A program made the position numbers and the translations under genes. From the NCBI GenBank assembly GCA_007121385.1, contig SKLV01000004.1, forward strand, positions 1 through 61,289: a DNA stretch of 61,289 nt, read 5' to 3'. Positions 9,886 through 19,155 of the stretch are shown here, piece by piece. The number at the start of each line of letters is the position of its first letter. Position 1 is the stretch's first letter. This stretch comes from Bdellovibrionales bacterium (GTDB taxonomy: Bacteria > Bdellovibrionota > Bdellovibrionia > Bdellovibrionales > UBA1609). The notes below the pieces were generated by a model. The model saw only the letters and a program-made list of their open reading frames with translations. It was not told where the DNA came from and did not search any database.

Positions 9886-10986
9886 ATGTTTTCCAAAATA
9901 GCTATTGGTTCTGTTTTTGCTTTATCAGCGCTCTGGCTGAGTCCATCTCATGTCAAGGCCAACCCACTGACCTATGAAGGGGGAGTGGTGGAGTACTCAG
10001 AGCCCACCTATTTGATGTGCGAAGGGAATGTGGAGCTCACTCAGCACCTGGCTCGTGCGGCCATCACCTCTCTGCAGAATATATTGCTGGAGATTAACGA
10101 GCGCTTTCCTCTTCCTGATCAGGTGATTGACTATCAAACCATTGAGCAGATGGACCGCCACGAGGATGAGATTTTAAAGGCCTTGGGGCGCATCAATGAA
10201 TTTGTGGGCAAGCAGAGAGCGCGTCGGGGTGGAGAAGTGGGTTGGCACCAAACCTGTCCCAAGGCCATGGTGGTTGTTGGGGGACGTACTTTCAGCGCCA
10301 AGAGCTTTCTCGCCGCTCCCGGTGGTTCTGTAGCCGTGGGTGTGGTCATTATGCCCACTTTGCGCCACCGCTACGACAGCACCACAGGAGCTTATTTAGG
10401 GACCTACTTTTGGCCTGAGATGGCTTTGGTGGGTTGGCCCAATGCAGACATTGGCTTAGGGCTTGGGGATAAGACCTCCTCAGGACGAATTTTTGGTGGT
10501 CTGATCTGGGATATTGAAGATGTGATGTCTAAGGCAGAAGACTTTCACGGCTTTGCTGTGGGTGGCTCGGGGACAGCCATGGGCTTACCCAGTCGGTTGA
10601 CCTCCCTGCCTCTATTTGCTGGATTGAACGCCTTTTTGGGAGGCCGAGGCTTGAATGTGAAGATGGGAGGAGTCAAGCAGATTTCCCGGGCCTCCGAAGC
10701 TCAGGTGGAGTTTGCCTACGTTCTTTTTGGCTCCAGTTTTAGCCGGTTCAATGAATTGCCAAGAACTCGCTTTGAGTCCCATGTCAATCTGGCCTCGGTT
10801 TTATCTTTTGACAATTTGGCCAAGCTTCTGGGCAACGCCCTTGTGGACTCTGGTCGTCGACAGGAGCAGGCCATTCAGGAGAGTCTTCGTCGAGCTGTTG
10901 AGGAGTATTTAATTGACCCCGATATGCAGCAGCCCACTCCACCTAGAAGAGGGCCTGGAATCAATCCTCCTTCAGCTCCTCGATGA
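9886..10986 (+). CDS. Secreted hypothetical protein, Gly-rich core, Pro-rich tail
   Basis: AAGGGGG SD; signal peptide ending VKA; 366 aa. Confidence 0.7.
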   Translation: MFSKIAIGSVFALSALWLSPSHVKANPLTYEGGVVEYSEPTYLMCEGNVELTQHLARAAITSLQNILLEINERFPLPDQVIDYQTIEQMDRHEDEILKALGRINEFVGKQRARRGGEVGWHQTCPKAMVVVGGRTFSAKSFLAAPGGSVAVGVVIMPTLRHRYDSTTGAYLGTYFWPEMALVGWPNADIGLGLGDKTSSGRIFGGLIWDIEDVMSKAEDFHGFAVGGSGTAMGLPSRLTSLPLFAGLNAFLGGRGLNVKMGGVKQISRASEAQVEFAYVLFGSSFSRFNELPRTRFESHVNLASVLSFDNLAKLLGNALVDSGRRQEQAIQESLRRAVEEYLIDPDMQQPTPPRRGPGINPPSAPR

Positions 10987-11053
10987 TGATGCGGTGAGTT
11001 CATGACTCCCTTAGACTTCTCTGGTAGTTTCAGCTTTTAAGGAGGATGAATTT

Positions 11054-11740
11054 ATGGCTTCAAAGTGGATTTCTTTGCTGACAGTTTTTGGTTTTACAGT
11101 GGCCTGCACGGCGCAAATCGACGACGAGAAGATGAAGCAATGGGTGATGGACAACCCTGAGGTGATTATGGAGTCGGTGATGGCCTATCAGAGGACTGAG
11201 CAGGAGAGAAACCAGCCTCAGCCAGCCATGGTGAGCCAGTTCCGCAAAGAGCTCTTTGAATCCGGAGGCAGTCCCATGGCGGGAAATCCTAAGGGCAAGG
11301 TGGAGGTCGCTTACTTTTTTGACTTCAACTGTGGTCACTGTGCTCGCCAAAGCGACACCATCAATGCTGTATTGGCAGCTAATAATGATGTCAAAGTGGT
11401 TTACAAGAACTTTCCTGTTCTGGGTCCATCCTCAGAGTTGGCGGCTCGGGCGGCTTTGGCAGCTCATCAGCAGAACAAGTTTAAAGAGTTCTACTCTGAG
11501 GTCTACAAGACTCGAGAGCGCAGTGTTGAGGCCTTTAAAGGGATTGCCTCCCGCCTAGGCCTGGATGTGGATCAATGGGAAAAGGATTTGGAGTCAGAGA
11601 AGGTTCAGCAGGAGCTGGAAGCCACCCGCAATTTAGCCCAAAAGATGAAGATCGGTGGAACCCCTTTCTTGGCCATTGCCCCGGATAAGGTTTTCCCCGG
11701 TCGGGTGGATGAGCTTAAGGCTGTCATTGAGAGCCTCTAA
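11054..11740 (+). CDS. DsbA-family (Com1/ScsC-like) thiol-disulfide oxidoreductase
   Basis: FFDFNCGHC active site, KNFPVLG, GGTP cis-Pro loop, N-terminal NPEVI helix; AAGGAGG SD. Confidence 0.9.
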   Translation: MASKWISLLTVFGFTVACTAQIDDEKMKQWVMDNPEVIMESVMAYQRTEQERNQPQPAMVSQFRKELFESGGSPMAGNPKGKVEVAYFFDFNCGHCARQSDTINAVLAANNDVKVVYKNFPVLGPSSELAARAALAAHQQNKFKEFYSEVYKTRERSVEAFKGIASRLGLDVDQWEKDLESEKVQQELEATRNLAQKMKIGGTPFLAIAPDKVFPGRVDELKAVIESL

Positions 11741-11779
11741 GCCTTAAGAAGACTTTCTGATCATAAAGCCCGCATAAGT

Positions 11780-11823
11780 AGGCCCAACTGAGGATTAAGT
11801 CCTGAAAAGTTGGGTCTTTTTTT
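11780..11823 (+). terminator. Probable rho-independent terminator
   Basis: AGGCCCAACT ... AGTTGGGTCT stem followed by a T run, downstream of the DsbA gene. Confidence 0.65.
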
Positions 11824-11908
11824 GTCCTTCAGTGCCCTTTTTGGGCTCTCTTCTAAGGGTTTTAGACCAAACTGAGCCCCTATGGGCTTCCTGAGGCTTT
11901 TTTGTCTC

Positions 11909-11924
11909 TGGCATGGGCTTTGCT
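11909..11924 (+). promoter_or_regulatory. Sigma54 (-24/-12) promoter
   Basis: TGGCATGGGCTTTGCT versus consensus TGGCACG-N4-TTGCW (1 mismatch), 40 nt upstream of ATG 11965. Confidence 0.75.
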
Positions 11925-11964
11925 CAAGTAGCTGGCTGTAAGAAAGCGAAATAGGAGCAAAAAT

Positions 11965-12609
11965 ATGCGTAAGGGAAAAATTAAAGCATGGGCACTCTCA
12001 CTGATTTTTATGATTGGGGCTTCTCAGGCCTTTTCCAGAAGTCTGGATAGCACCTTGGACTTGGACTTCGACCTCGAGGCTGAAGAGTTGCAAGTCTTTG
12101 ATGCTCAACAGTTAGAGGAGGCCGCTCGTCAAGAGGCTTTGGCCCTGGAGAGAGAGTCTCGGCGGCTGGAAAATGAGATCAAGAGGTCTGAGCGGCAGAG
12201 GGAGAGGCTCAAGACTCGTGTGGAGAGGTTGTCTCAGCGCTATGACAATAGCTTGGCAGTCTTTCAGCGAGTGGAAAAAAGAGCCCAAGCCGAGGAAAGA
12301 CGTTTACGTCAGGCTGAGGCTGAGGTGAATAAAGTAGAGGCCAGAGTGGATCAAGTGGAAAATCAGGCCATTGAGGCTCGAAATCGAAGGCTGGCTGCGG
12401 AAAAGCGTATTGGGCAAGCGGAAAAGAGAAGAAAGCAACTGACCCAAAGGTTGGAGCAACTGCGTCGTGACCTGCAGAAAGAGCAAAATTTATCTCGATC
12501 CTTACAGCAGAGGGAGCAAAGACTGGAAAGAGAGAATCAGCGCTTGGCTCGACTGGTGGAGCAAGAGCAGCACAAGTTGAATTTTTATGCGGACAGGGCT
12601 TTTGACTGA
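11965..12609 (+). CDS. Secreted long coiled-coil protein
   Basis: Signal peptide, acidic segment, then about 160 aa of E/R/Q-rich heptads; AGGAG SD. Confidence 0.75.
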   Translation: MRKGKIKAWALSLIFMIGASQAFSRSLDSTLDLDFDLEAEELQVFDAQQLEEAARQEALALERESRRLENEIKRSERQRERLKTRVERLSQRYDNSLAVFQRVEKRAQAEERRLRQAEAEVNKVEARVDQVENQAIEARNRRLAAEKRIGQAEKRRKQLTQRLEQLRRDLQKEQNLSRSLQQREQRLERENQRLARLVEQEQHKLNFYADRAFD

Positions 12610-12616
12610 GCCGAGC

Positions 12617-13420
12617 TCAGATCTCGTCCTCTTCTACAGAACCACGATAACCCCAAGAGGCCAAAATGGCCTCTTCGTCTTTTGAGCTTTTGGCTTTTTT
12701 AAAACGGGCTCCCGAGCGGTTTTTTACCCTGGCCTCACATTGGGCCCAAGTCTTATGGCGAAGAACTCGTCCATCCACATAACTTAAATAGGAGTGGGGG
12801 TTTTTAGTCTTTCCCTCCGAAGAGGAGCTTTTGTTGGCGAGAGGGGGGAGTTCATCTTCTTGAGGGAGTTGGGTCAGGTCCACTCCGTAGTCCCTTAAGG
12901 GGCCATAATAGAGTTCAGGGAGTCGGCCTTGACTAAAGTCCACGGCAATTTGGTCGCAGCGCTCATTGCCCGGGTTGCCACTGTGACCTCGAACATAAAG
13001 CCACTTCAGGGAGAACCCCAGTTTTTTAATTTGGTGCACTTGTTGATCTAACTTTTCCCAAAGGTCTTGATTGAGAACCGCCTCTCCTTGACTGGAACGC
13101 CAGCCGCGCTTTTTCCAGTTAAAAATCCACTGGGTGATGCCGCGAATGACATAGGTGGAGTCAGTGTAAAGACAAATTTTGTCCTCCCCCAAAGGAGACT
13201 TCTTGGCAATAAGATTCAAGGCCTCAATAGTGGCCTGCATTTCCATGCGGTTATTGGTGGTTTGTGGCTGGCCCTGACCTAGCTCAAAAACTTTTTGGAG
13301 AGAGGGGATATAGACAATGGCTCCCCAACCTCCAGGGCCTGGGTTTCCCGAGCAGGCCCCATCGGTAAAAATTAAAACCGAAGACTTAGTCGCGACGATA
13401 GCCGCCGCCTCCGCCGCCAC
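12617..13420 (-). CDS. rnhA: Ribonuclease HI with C-terminal hybrid-binding (viroplasmin-like) domain
   Basis: FTDGACSGNPGPGGWG, TTNNRMEM, YTDSTYV, VRGHSGNPGNERCD; C-terminal HKTWAQCEARV..ARFKK. Start uncertain: in-frame GTGs at 13420, 13432, 13441, 13447 all lie inside the RRM gene. Confidence 0.9.
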   Translation of the reverse strand: MAAEAAAIVATKSSVLIFTDGACSGNPGPGGWGAIVYIPSLQKVFELGQGQPQTTNNRMEMQATIEALNLIAKKSPLGEDKICLYTDSTYVIRGITQWIFNWKKRGWRSSQGEAVLNQDLWEKLDQQVHQIKKLGFSLKWLYVRGHSGNPGNERCDQIAVDFSQGRLPELYYGPLRDYGVDLTQLPQEDELPPLANKSSSSEGKTKNPHSYLSYVDGRVLRHKTWAQCEARVKNRSGARFKKAKSSKDEEAILASWGYRGSVEEDEI

Positions 13421-13700
13421 GACGGAAACCACCGCCTCCACCTTCACGGGGAGCCTGAGGCCGGGCTTCCGCCACAGTGATATTGCGGCCATCCATATCC
13501 TTGCCATTAAAGCGGGAGATTGCCTGCTGGGCCTCTTCGTCAGAGGACATTTCCACAAAGCCAAAGCCTTTTGATCGCCCACTGTCTCGGTCCGTGATCA
13601 CACGGGCGGACTCCACCTGGCCCACTTCAGAAAAGGCTTCTTTTAACGACATATCGTCGGTTGAGTAGGACAAGTTGCCTACATATAATTTTTTACCCAT
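13386..13700 (-). CDS. RRM RNA-binding protein with Gly-rich tail
   Basis: RNP2 LYVGNL, RNP1 KGFGFVEM, GGGGGFRRGGGG tail; AGGAG SD before ATG 13700. Confidence 0.95.
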   Translation of the reverse strand: MGKKLYVGNLSYSTDDMSLKEAFSEVGQVESARVITDRDSGRSKGFGFVEMSSDEEAQQAISRFNGKDMDGRNITVAEARPQAPREGGGGGFRRGGGGGGYRRD

Positions 13701-13829
13701 TAGGTCTCTCCTTAGGAACTTAAAAGCACCATCCCTCCAAAGCCCCACCTACAGGGCATAGGGCGGATGGCCAATGACTATGCAGGAGCTTATCATGTGA
13801 TTTTACCCCTTCGCCACAGAATTTTAGAG

Positions 13830-15707
13830 TTAACTGCGGCGGATAATGCTTCTCATATTGCCTTTGAGCACTTTTTTTCGCAGGCGAATGCTTTTGGGGG
13901 TCACCTCAATCCACTCGTCGTCATCGATCCATTCGATGCAGCGCTCAAGGGTCATCTCGCGCAGCCCCTTAAGGGTGACCAGGGCCTCTGATCCGGCCGC
14001 CCTTACATTGGTCAGCTTCTTTTCCCGGCAGGGGTTTACATTGAGGTCGTTTTCTTTATTGAATTCACCAATAATCATGCCCTCATAGACAGGGACTCCT
14101 GGGGGCGTGAAGAGCACCCCCCGGTCTTCCAAGTTGAGCAGGGCATACTCCATGGTCACCCCATCCCGGTCAGAGACCAGAGCCCCCCAGGACCGGTGGA
14201 GCATATCTCCCTTCCAAGGCACATACTCCACAAAGCGGGAACTGAAAATCCCCTCCCCCCGGGTGGCGGTGAGGAACTTAGTCCTCATTCCCAAAAGGCC
14301 GCGAGTGGGGATGTCAAACTCCAGACGGACCCGATTCTGTGTCCCCTCAGGGCCCGACTGAGTCCCACTGGGAACGTAGCTGATTAATATACCCTTTCTC
14401 TCTTGAAACATCCGCGTCACATCGCTGGCGTAGCTTTCAGGAACATCCAGAGTGGCCCTCTCGAGGGGTTCGGTCTTCTGCCCAGTTTCGTCTTTTAAGA
14501 AGAGGACCGCTGGACGACCCACCATAAACTCCAAGCCCTCTCGGCGCATCTGCTCAATCAAAATGGCAAACTGCAGTTCCCCCCGGCCTAAAATGCGGAA
14601 TTGGTCCGGCTGTTCAGTTTCTTCAAAGCGAATAGCCACATTTTGTAGGACCTCTTTTTGCAGGCGTTCCCTGAGTTTGCGGGACTGAACAGCTTCCCCC
14701 TCCCGTCCTGAAAAAGGTGAGGTGTTAACGGAAAAAATCATGGCCAAAGTGGGGGGATCAATTTCCAGTCGAGGAAGAGTGGGAATTTGATCTCCTTCAG
14801 CCAGAGTGTCGCCAATTTGAAAGTCCTCACTGCCAGCCACCACTGCAATGTCCCCGGCCTGAATCTCTGGGGCCTCCGTCTGCTTAAGGCCGCTGTAAGA
14901 AAAAAGCTTAGTGACAGAAAAACTCTCCTTGACCTCTTGTCCCTCTTCATTCAAACCCCGCCGCTGAATACGCAGACCCGGTCGGATGGATCCGGAGAGG
15001 ACTTTGCCGATGGCCAAGCGGCCCACAAAATCAGACCAGCCCAGATTGGTGGTCATCATCTGAAATCCCCCCGCATCCTGAATCTCGGGGGCGGCCAAGT
15101 GACGGACAATGGTCTCAAAAAGAGGTTCCAGGGAGCCCGCTTTGGCCCCACTGATCAACTGAGGAACTTCCTCAAAATCGGGGGTGCACCAGCCCTCTCT
15201 GGCACAGGCGTAGAGAATGGGAAAATCAGCCTGGGATTCGCTGGCCCCCAGATCAATAAAGAGATCAAAGGTCTGGTTGACCACTTCGGCCACCCTCACC
15301 CCATCCGAGCACTCGGGCCGATCGACCTTATTGATCACCAGAATGACCCGCTTTCCCTGGGAAAGGGCCTTTTGCAGTACAAAACGGGTTTGGGGCAGGG
15401 GGCCCTCGGCTCCATCAACAAGGAGGACAGCCCCATCCACCATTCCTAAAATTCGCTCCACCTCCCCGCCGAAGTCGGCGTGTCCGGGGGTGTCCACGAT
15501 GTTGATTCTGGTGTCCTTGTATTGAATGGCCGCATTTTTGGCCTGAATGGTAATGCCTCTTTCCCTCTCCAAATCCATGGAGTCCATCACTCTCTCTTCC
15601 ACCTGGTCTCGAGCTGAAAAGGTTCCTGCTTGCTTTAGCATATGGTCAACAAGGGTGGTTTTCCCGTGGTCCACATGGGCGATAATGCAAATATTCCTAA
15701 GATTCAT
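13830..15707 (-). CDS. typA: Translational GTPase TypA/BipA
   Basis: IIAHVDHGKTTL, RERGITI, DTPGHADFGGEVER, NKVD, C-terminal KKLTNVRAAG and EVTPKSIRLRK; start taken at MNLRN. Confidence 0.96.
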   Translation of the reverse strand: MNLRNICIIAHVDHGKTTLVDHMLKQAGTFSARDQVEERVMDSMDLERERGITIQAKNAAIQYKDTRINIVDTPGHADFGGEVERILGMVDGAVLLVDGAEGPLPQTRFVLQKALSQGKRVILVINKVDRPECSDGVRVAEVVNQTFDLFIDLGASESQADFPILYACAREGWCTPDFEEVPQLISGAKAGSLEPLFETIVRHLAAPEIQDAGGFQMMTTNLGWSDFVGRLAIGKVLSGSIRPGLRIQRRGLNEEGQEVKESFSVTKLFSYSGLKQTEAPEIQAGDIAVVAGSEDFQIGDTLAEGDQIPTLPRLEIDPPTLAMIFSVNTSPFSGREGEAVQSRKLRERLQKEVLQNVAIRFEETEQPDQFRILGRGELQFAILIEQMRREGLEFMVGRPAVLFLKDETGQKTEPLERATLDVPESYASDVTRMFQERKGILISYVPSGTQSGPEGTQNRVRLEFDIPTRGLLGMRTKFLTATRGEGIFSSRFVEYVPWKGDMLHRSWGALVSDRDGVTMEYALLNLEDRGVLFTPPGVPVYEGMIIGEFNKENDLNVNPCREKKLTNVRAAGSEALVTLKGLREMTLERCIEWIDDDEWIEVTPKSIRLRKKVLKGNMRSIIRRS

Positions 15708-16725
15708 AGATCTGTCCATTTCTCTTGGGCAGTTGAACTTTGAAGCAGGCTCCACCCAGAGGAGACGGCTCCACCATAATACGGCCCTCATGGGCCTCCA
15801 CACACATTTTCACTGACAAAAGTCCCAATCCTCGTCCCAGCCCTTTGGAGCTGGTGAAGGGAGAAAACAGCTGCTCCCTCTCTTCTGCAGGAATCCCAGG
15901 GCCGTTGTCATGGACCTCCAAAAAGAGGTCTGAGTCGTCCTCCTGGATATGGACCTCAATCTGTCCACCACCTTCACTCACGGCTTCTGAGGCGTTGAGA
16001 ACTAAGTTAATGAGAATTTGGTGAACGAGTAGAGGGTAAGCTTCCAGGTTTGAGCGATCAGAGGCCAGGGAGGATTGGAGCTGGAGACTGATCCCACGGT
16101 TTTTGAGTTGGGGCTGTAAAAGGTCTAGGTCCTCTCTGACAGCCTTTACCAAGTCCAACTGAGTTCTTTCCCCAAAGGCATTGGCTTCCCCCACCTGTCG
16201 CATTTTTTGACCCAGTTGGTTAAGAGTGTCCATCCCCTTGAGAAGCCTTTTGAGATCAAGGGTCAGAGGCTCTTCTGCTCTCATCTCCTCTAAACCAGAA
16301 CTCTGTACTGACCTTATATTGGCACCGCTTTTCTCCAAATAAGCCCTTAGGCGCTCGGAGGCGAAGGTCATGGATTGGAGAACATTATTGTAGTCGTGGG
16401 CCACTGAGGCCATTAAAAGGCCGGTCATGGCCTGCCGCTGTGAGTTCAGAAGCATTTCCTGGCCCTCTTGGACTTTTTGGCCAGCCTTTTCAATAGAGCG
16501 TAAAAAGTAATAGAGGAGTGAAAATAACAGCAGGGCCCCAAAGCCCACAAATGTAATTCCCTTCTGCACTTCAAATCTTTGAAATTCCTCAACAGTTTCA
16601 AAATGTTTTAAACCCCATTGACCTGTTAAATGGATGTACAGAGCGGATAGGGAAAAAAAGATCAGGGAGGCTAGGAGAGCCGAGCGCAAAGCCTGGGATT
16701 GGGGAGTGAAGAGTTTTTTTTGCAC
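15697..16725 (-). CDS. Membrane sensor histidine kinase
   Basis: Two N-terminal TM segments; H box VAHDYNN; N box NLVLNA; DNGPGI; GLGL. Confidence 0.9.
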   Translation of the reverse strand: MQKKLFTPQSQALRSALLASLIFFSLSALYIHLTGQWGLKHFETVEEFQRFEVQKGITFVGFGALLLFSLLYYFLRSIEKAGQKVQEGQEMLLNSQRQAMTGLLMASVAHDYNNVLQSMTFASERLRAYLEKSGANIRSVQSSGLEEMRAEEPLTLDLKRLLKGMDTLNQLGQKMRQVGEANAFGERTQLDLVKAVREDLDLLQPQLKNRGISLQLQSSLASDRSNLEAYPLLVHQILINLVLNASEAVSEGGGQIEVHIQEDDSDLFLEVHDNGPGIPAEEREQLFSPFTSSKGLGRGLGLLSVKMCVEAHEGRIMVEPSPLGGACFKVQLPKRNGQIYES

Positions 16726-16862
16726 GGAATTTTTCAGCTCTTGTAATCTTGTCCAATGGCCTTGCGAAACAAGTGATTTTCGGGTTTAAGGAGTATTTTA
16801 ACCTGCACGTCACAGGATGTTAATGACTGCCCGGATTTGGGTCAATGTCTTAGGGAGGTTTT

Positions 16863-17996
16863 ATGAAAAGTATTCCGCGCCAAAGCTTTAAGGAGCTGGT
16901 TGAGCACAATCAGTCGCCCAGTGTGACCATTTACTCCCCCATGGTGGTGGCGGGTTCCGAAGTGCAGCAGAACCCCATTCGGTTTAAAAACCTACTGAAT
17001 GAGGCGCGCAAGGTCTTAAGCGAGGAGCAGCAGGGGATGCTCGAGCCGGCGGAAAAGCTGCTTCAGGACCCCATGTTTTGGCAATATCAGGGGCCCGGTT
17101 TGGCTGTTTTTATCGCTCCGGGGGTATTTAAGTATTATCACCTGCCTTTGGATGTGGAGCCTCTGGTTCAGGTGAGTCAGCACTTCCACATTAGTCCTCT
17201 GATTCGGGTCTTCAATGAGGATGGTCAATTTCATATTCTGACCTTCAGCATGGGCTCAGCCCGCCTGTATCAAGCCAGCCACTTTGACCTGGAAGAAGTG
17301 GAACTGGGTCCTGGAGTGCCAAAGAGTTTGGATGAAGCCTTAGAAGGCCTGCAAAAGGAAAAAGCCCTCAACTATCATTCTCAAAATACTGGTGGAGGAG
17401 CTGAGGCCGTCTATCATGGCCACGACGACCCCAATGCTCATCGTCAAGATCTTCTGCGTTGGTTTAGACCCCTGGCCCAAGAAGTCTCTCGTCTTCTGAA
17501 TCACAACGGCGGGGGGCCTTTGGTTCTTGCCGGAGTGGAGTATCTCCATCCGATTTTTAAAGAAGCTTTGAGTTACCCAGGCCTGGTGGAAAAGGGAGTG
17601 ACTGGCTCTCCAGAGGAGTGGAGTGAGAAAGAGCTCCTTGAGAAGGCCTGGCCCTGTGTGGAAGAGGTGGTTAAGGCCAAAGAGGTGGCCACTCTCGAGA
17701 GGCTCAACAACCTCAGTGGTTCGGGAAAGACCTCTGAACAGTTGGAGGAGGTGGTTAAAGAGTCCTTGCAGGGCCGGGTGGACACCCTCTTTTTGAGGCG
17801 AGGACACCAGGTTTGGGGAGAGTGGATGGAAAAGGAGGGGGCTGATTTTGAGGTGAAAAAGGCCACCCCACCTTTGGCTGAGGAACTCGCCAACTTGGCC
17901 GCCATTTACACCATTCGCAAAGGGGGAAAAGTCCATGTGATCAACCCTGAGACCATGCCCCGAGAGGCCAATTTAGCCGCCCTTTTTCGCTACTGA
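16863..17996 (+). CDS. Bacterial archaeo-eukaryotic release factor (baeRF) family protein
   Basis: PSVTIYSP..QQNPIRFKNL, GLAVFIA, FHISPL, PLVLAG, GRVDTL and terminal GGKV..LAALFRY, as in baeRF3/7-like proteins; GGGAGG SD. Confidence 0.75.
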   Translation: MKSIPRQSFKELVEHNQSPSVTIYSPMVVAGSEVQQNPIRFKNLLNEARKVLSEEQQGMLEPAEKLLQDPMFWQYQGPGLAVFIAPGVFKYYHLPLDVEPLVQVSQHFHISPLIRVFNEDGQFHILTFSMGSARLYQASHFDLEEVELGPGVPKSLDEALEGLQKEKALNYHSQNTGGGAEAVYHGHDDPNAHRQDLLRWFRPLAQEVSRLLNHNGGGPLVLAGVEYLHPIFKEALSYPGLVEKGVTGSPEEWSEKELLEKAWPCVEEVVKAKEVATLERLNNLSGSGKTSEQLEEVVKESLQGRVDTLFLRRGHQVWGEWMEKEGADFEVKKATPPLAEELANLAAIYTIRKGGKVHVINPETMPREANLAALFRY

Positions 17997-19138
17997 GCAG
18001 GAGGAGTGAGGGTCTCTTCCATGGAGGAGGGGCCCTTGTGGTCCGCCGAGCCTGTCCCCGGGGCACTGACATGATTGACATAAACTGTCCGAGTGGGATA
18101 GGCAAAGCCGATTCCTCTCTCAGCAAAGGCCTTAAATAATTCCAAGTTAATCGCTTGCTGAGCATCCATATAAGTTAAATAGATCCTATCTTTCACATAG
18201 TAGACCACTTCAAAGTCCAGGGAGAAGTCTCCGTACTTCTGAAAGTGAGCGCGATCAAAGCGGGCCATGGGCCGCCTTTCCACAATCTCTTTGACGATTT
18301 CAGGGATCTGGACCAACTGCTCATAGGGTGTTTCGTAGAGAACTCCAAAGTGAAACACCGCTCGCCTTTCGTTCATGCTCTGAAAATTGCGAATGCGGCT
18401 CTGAAGAAGATCTGAGTTGGAAAAGATCAAGAGTTCACCGCTGAGACTGCGAACCCGGGTGGTCTTTAAGCCCACTCTTTCTACGGCCCCCGAAAAATCA
18501 CCGATAACCAAAAAATCCCCCACGGCAAAGGGCTTGTCGAGCACGATAGTTAAAGAGGAAAAGAGGTCAGAGAGGATGTTTTGTAAAGCTAGAGCAATGG
18601 CCACACCGCCAATACCTAGGCCAGCGATCAGAGCCGTTATATTGACTCCCATCTGATCCAGGGCCAAGAGAACCAGTAGGCTGAGAAGGGCGGCTTTGGC
18701 CACAAAGGTGGCCAGGCCCAAGGCTGTGCCAATGGTGCGGTCATCGGGGGGACGATTCTCGCTGTAGACCTTGGCGTAGTGGTCAATCAGGCTATTGGCC
18801 CAAATGATCAGCTGAACAAAAATGGCCAAGGTGACCGCTATGGCAATGACCTGTTCGGCTTTGGCGGGGAGCTGCAAAAAGTAGAGGGCACTGTAGAGAG
18901 CCAGGGCCAGTAAAAATAAGAAGTAGGTTTTGCGGGTGGCTGGGCGCAAAACTTTAAAAAGGGGATTGTTCTGGCGAAGGGATCCAGGAGCACCATCTTG
19001 CTGCAGCCAATAGCGCAGATATTTTAGGCCATAGAAGCTGACAAAAAAGACAACTCCGGCCACCAGCCAGGCTCGTAAGCTGTTATTCCAAAGGACAAAG
19101 TCACTCATCCACTGGTTTAAACTGATTAGTTGGTCCAT
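17990..19138 (-). CDS. MscS-family mechanosensitive channel
   Basis: LIAGLGIGGVAIALALQ, KPFAVGDF, G.VERVGLKTT, IGFAYP. Confidence 0.93.
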   Translation of the reverse strand: MDQLISLNQWMSDFVLWNNSLRAWLVAGVVFFVSFYGLKYLRYWLQQDGAPGSLRQNNPLFKVLRPATRKTYFLFLLALALYSALYFLQLPAKAEQVIAIAVTLAIFVQLIIWANSLIDHYAKVYSENRPPDDRTIGTALGLATFVAKAALLSLLVLLALDQMGVNITALIAGLGIGGVAIALALQNILSDLFSSLTIVLDKPFAVGDFLVIGDFSGAVERVGLKTTRVRSLSGELLIFSNSDLLQSRIRNFQSMNERRAVFHFGVLYETPYEQLVQIPEIVKEIVERRPMARFDRAHFQKYGDFSLDFEVVYYVKDRIYLTYMDAQQAINLELFKAFAERGIGFAYPTRTVYVNHVSAPGTGSADHKGPSSMEETLTPPAQ

Positions 19139-19155
19139 TTGTTTACCTCATTCAT

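Noticed and set aside
11788-11807. CTGAGGA...GAAA hammerhead-like core
   Set aside because: Stem II cannot form between the motifs; the sequence is the loop of a terminator.
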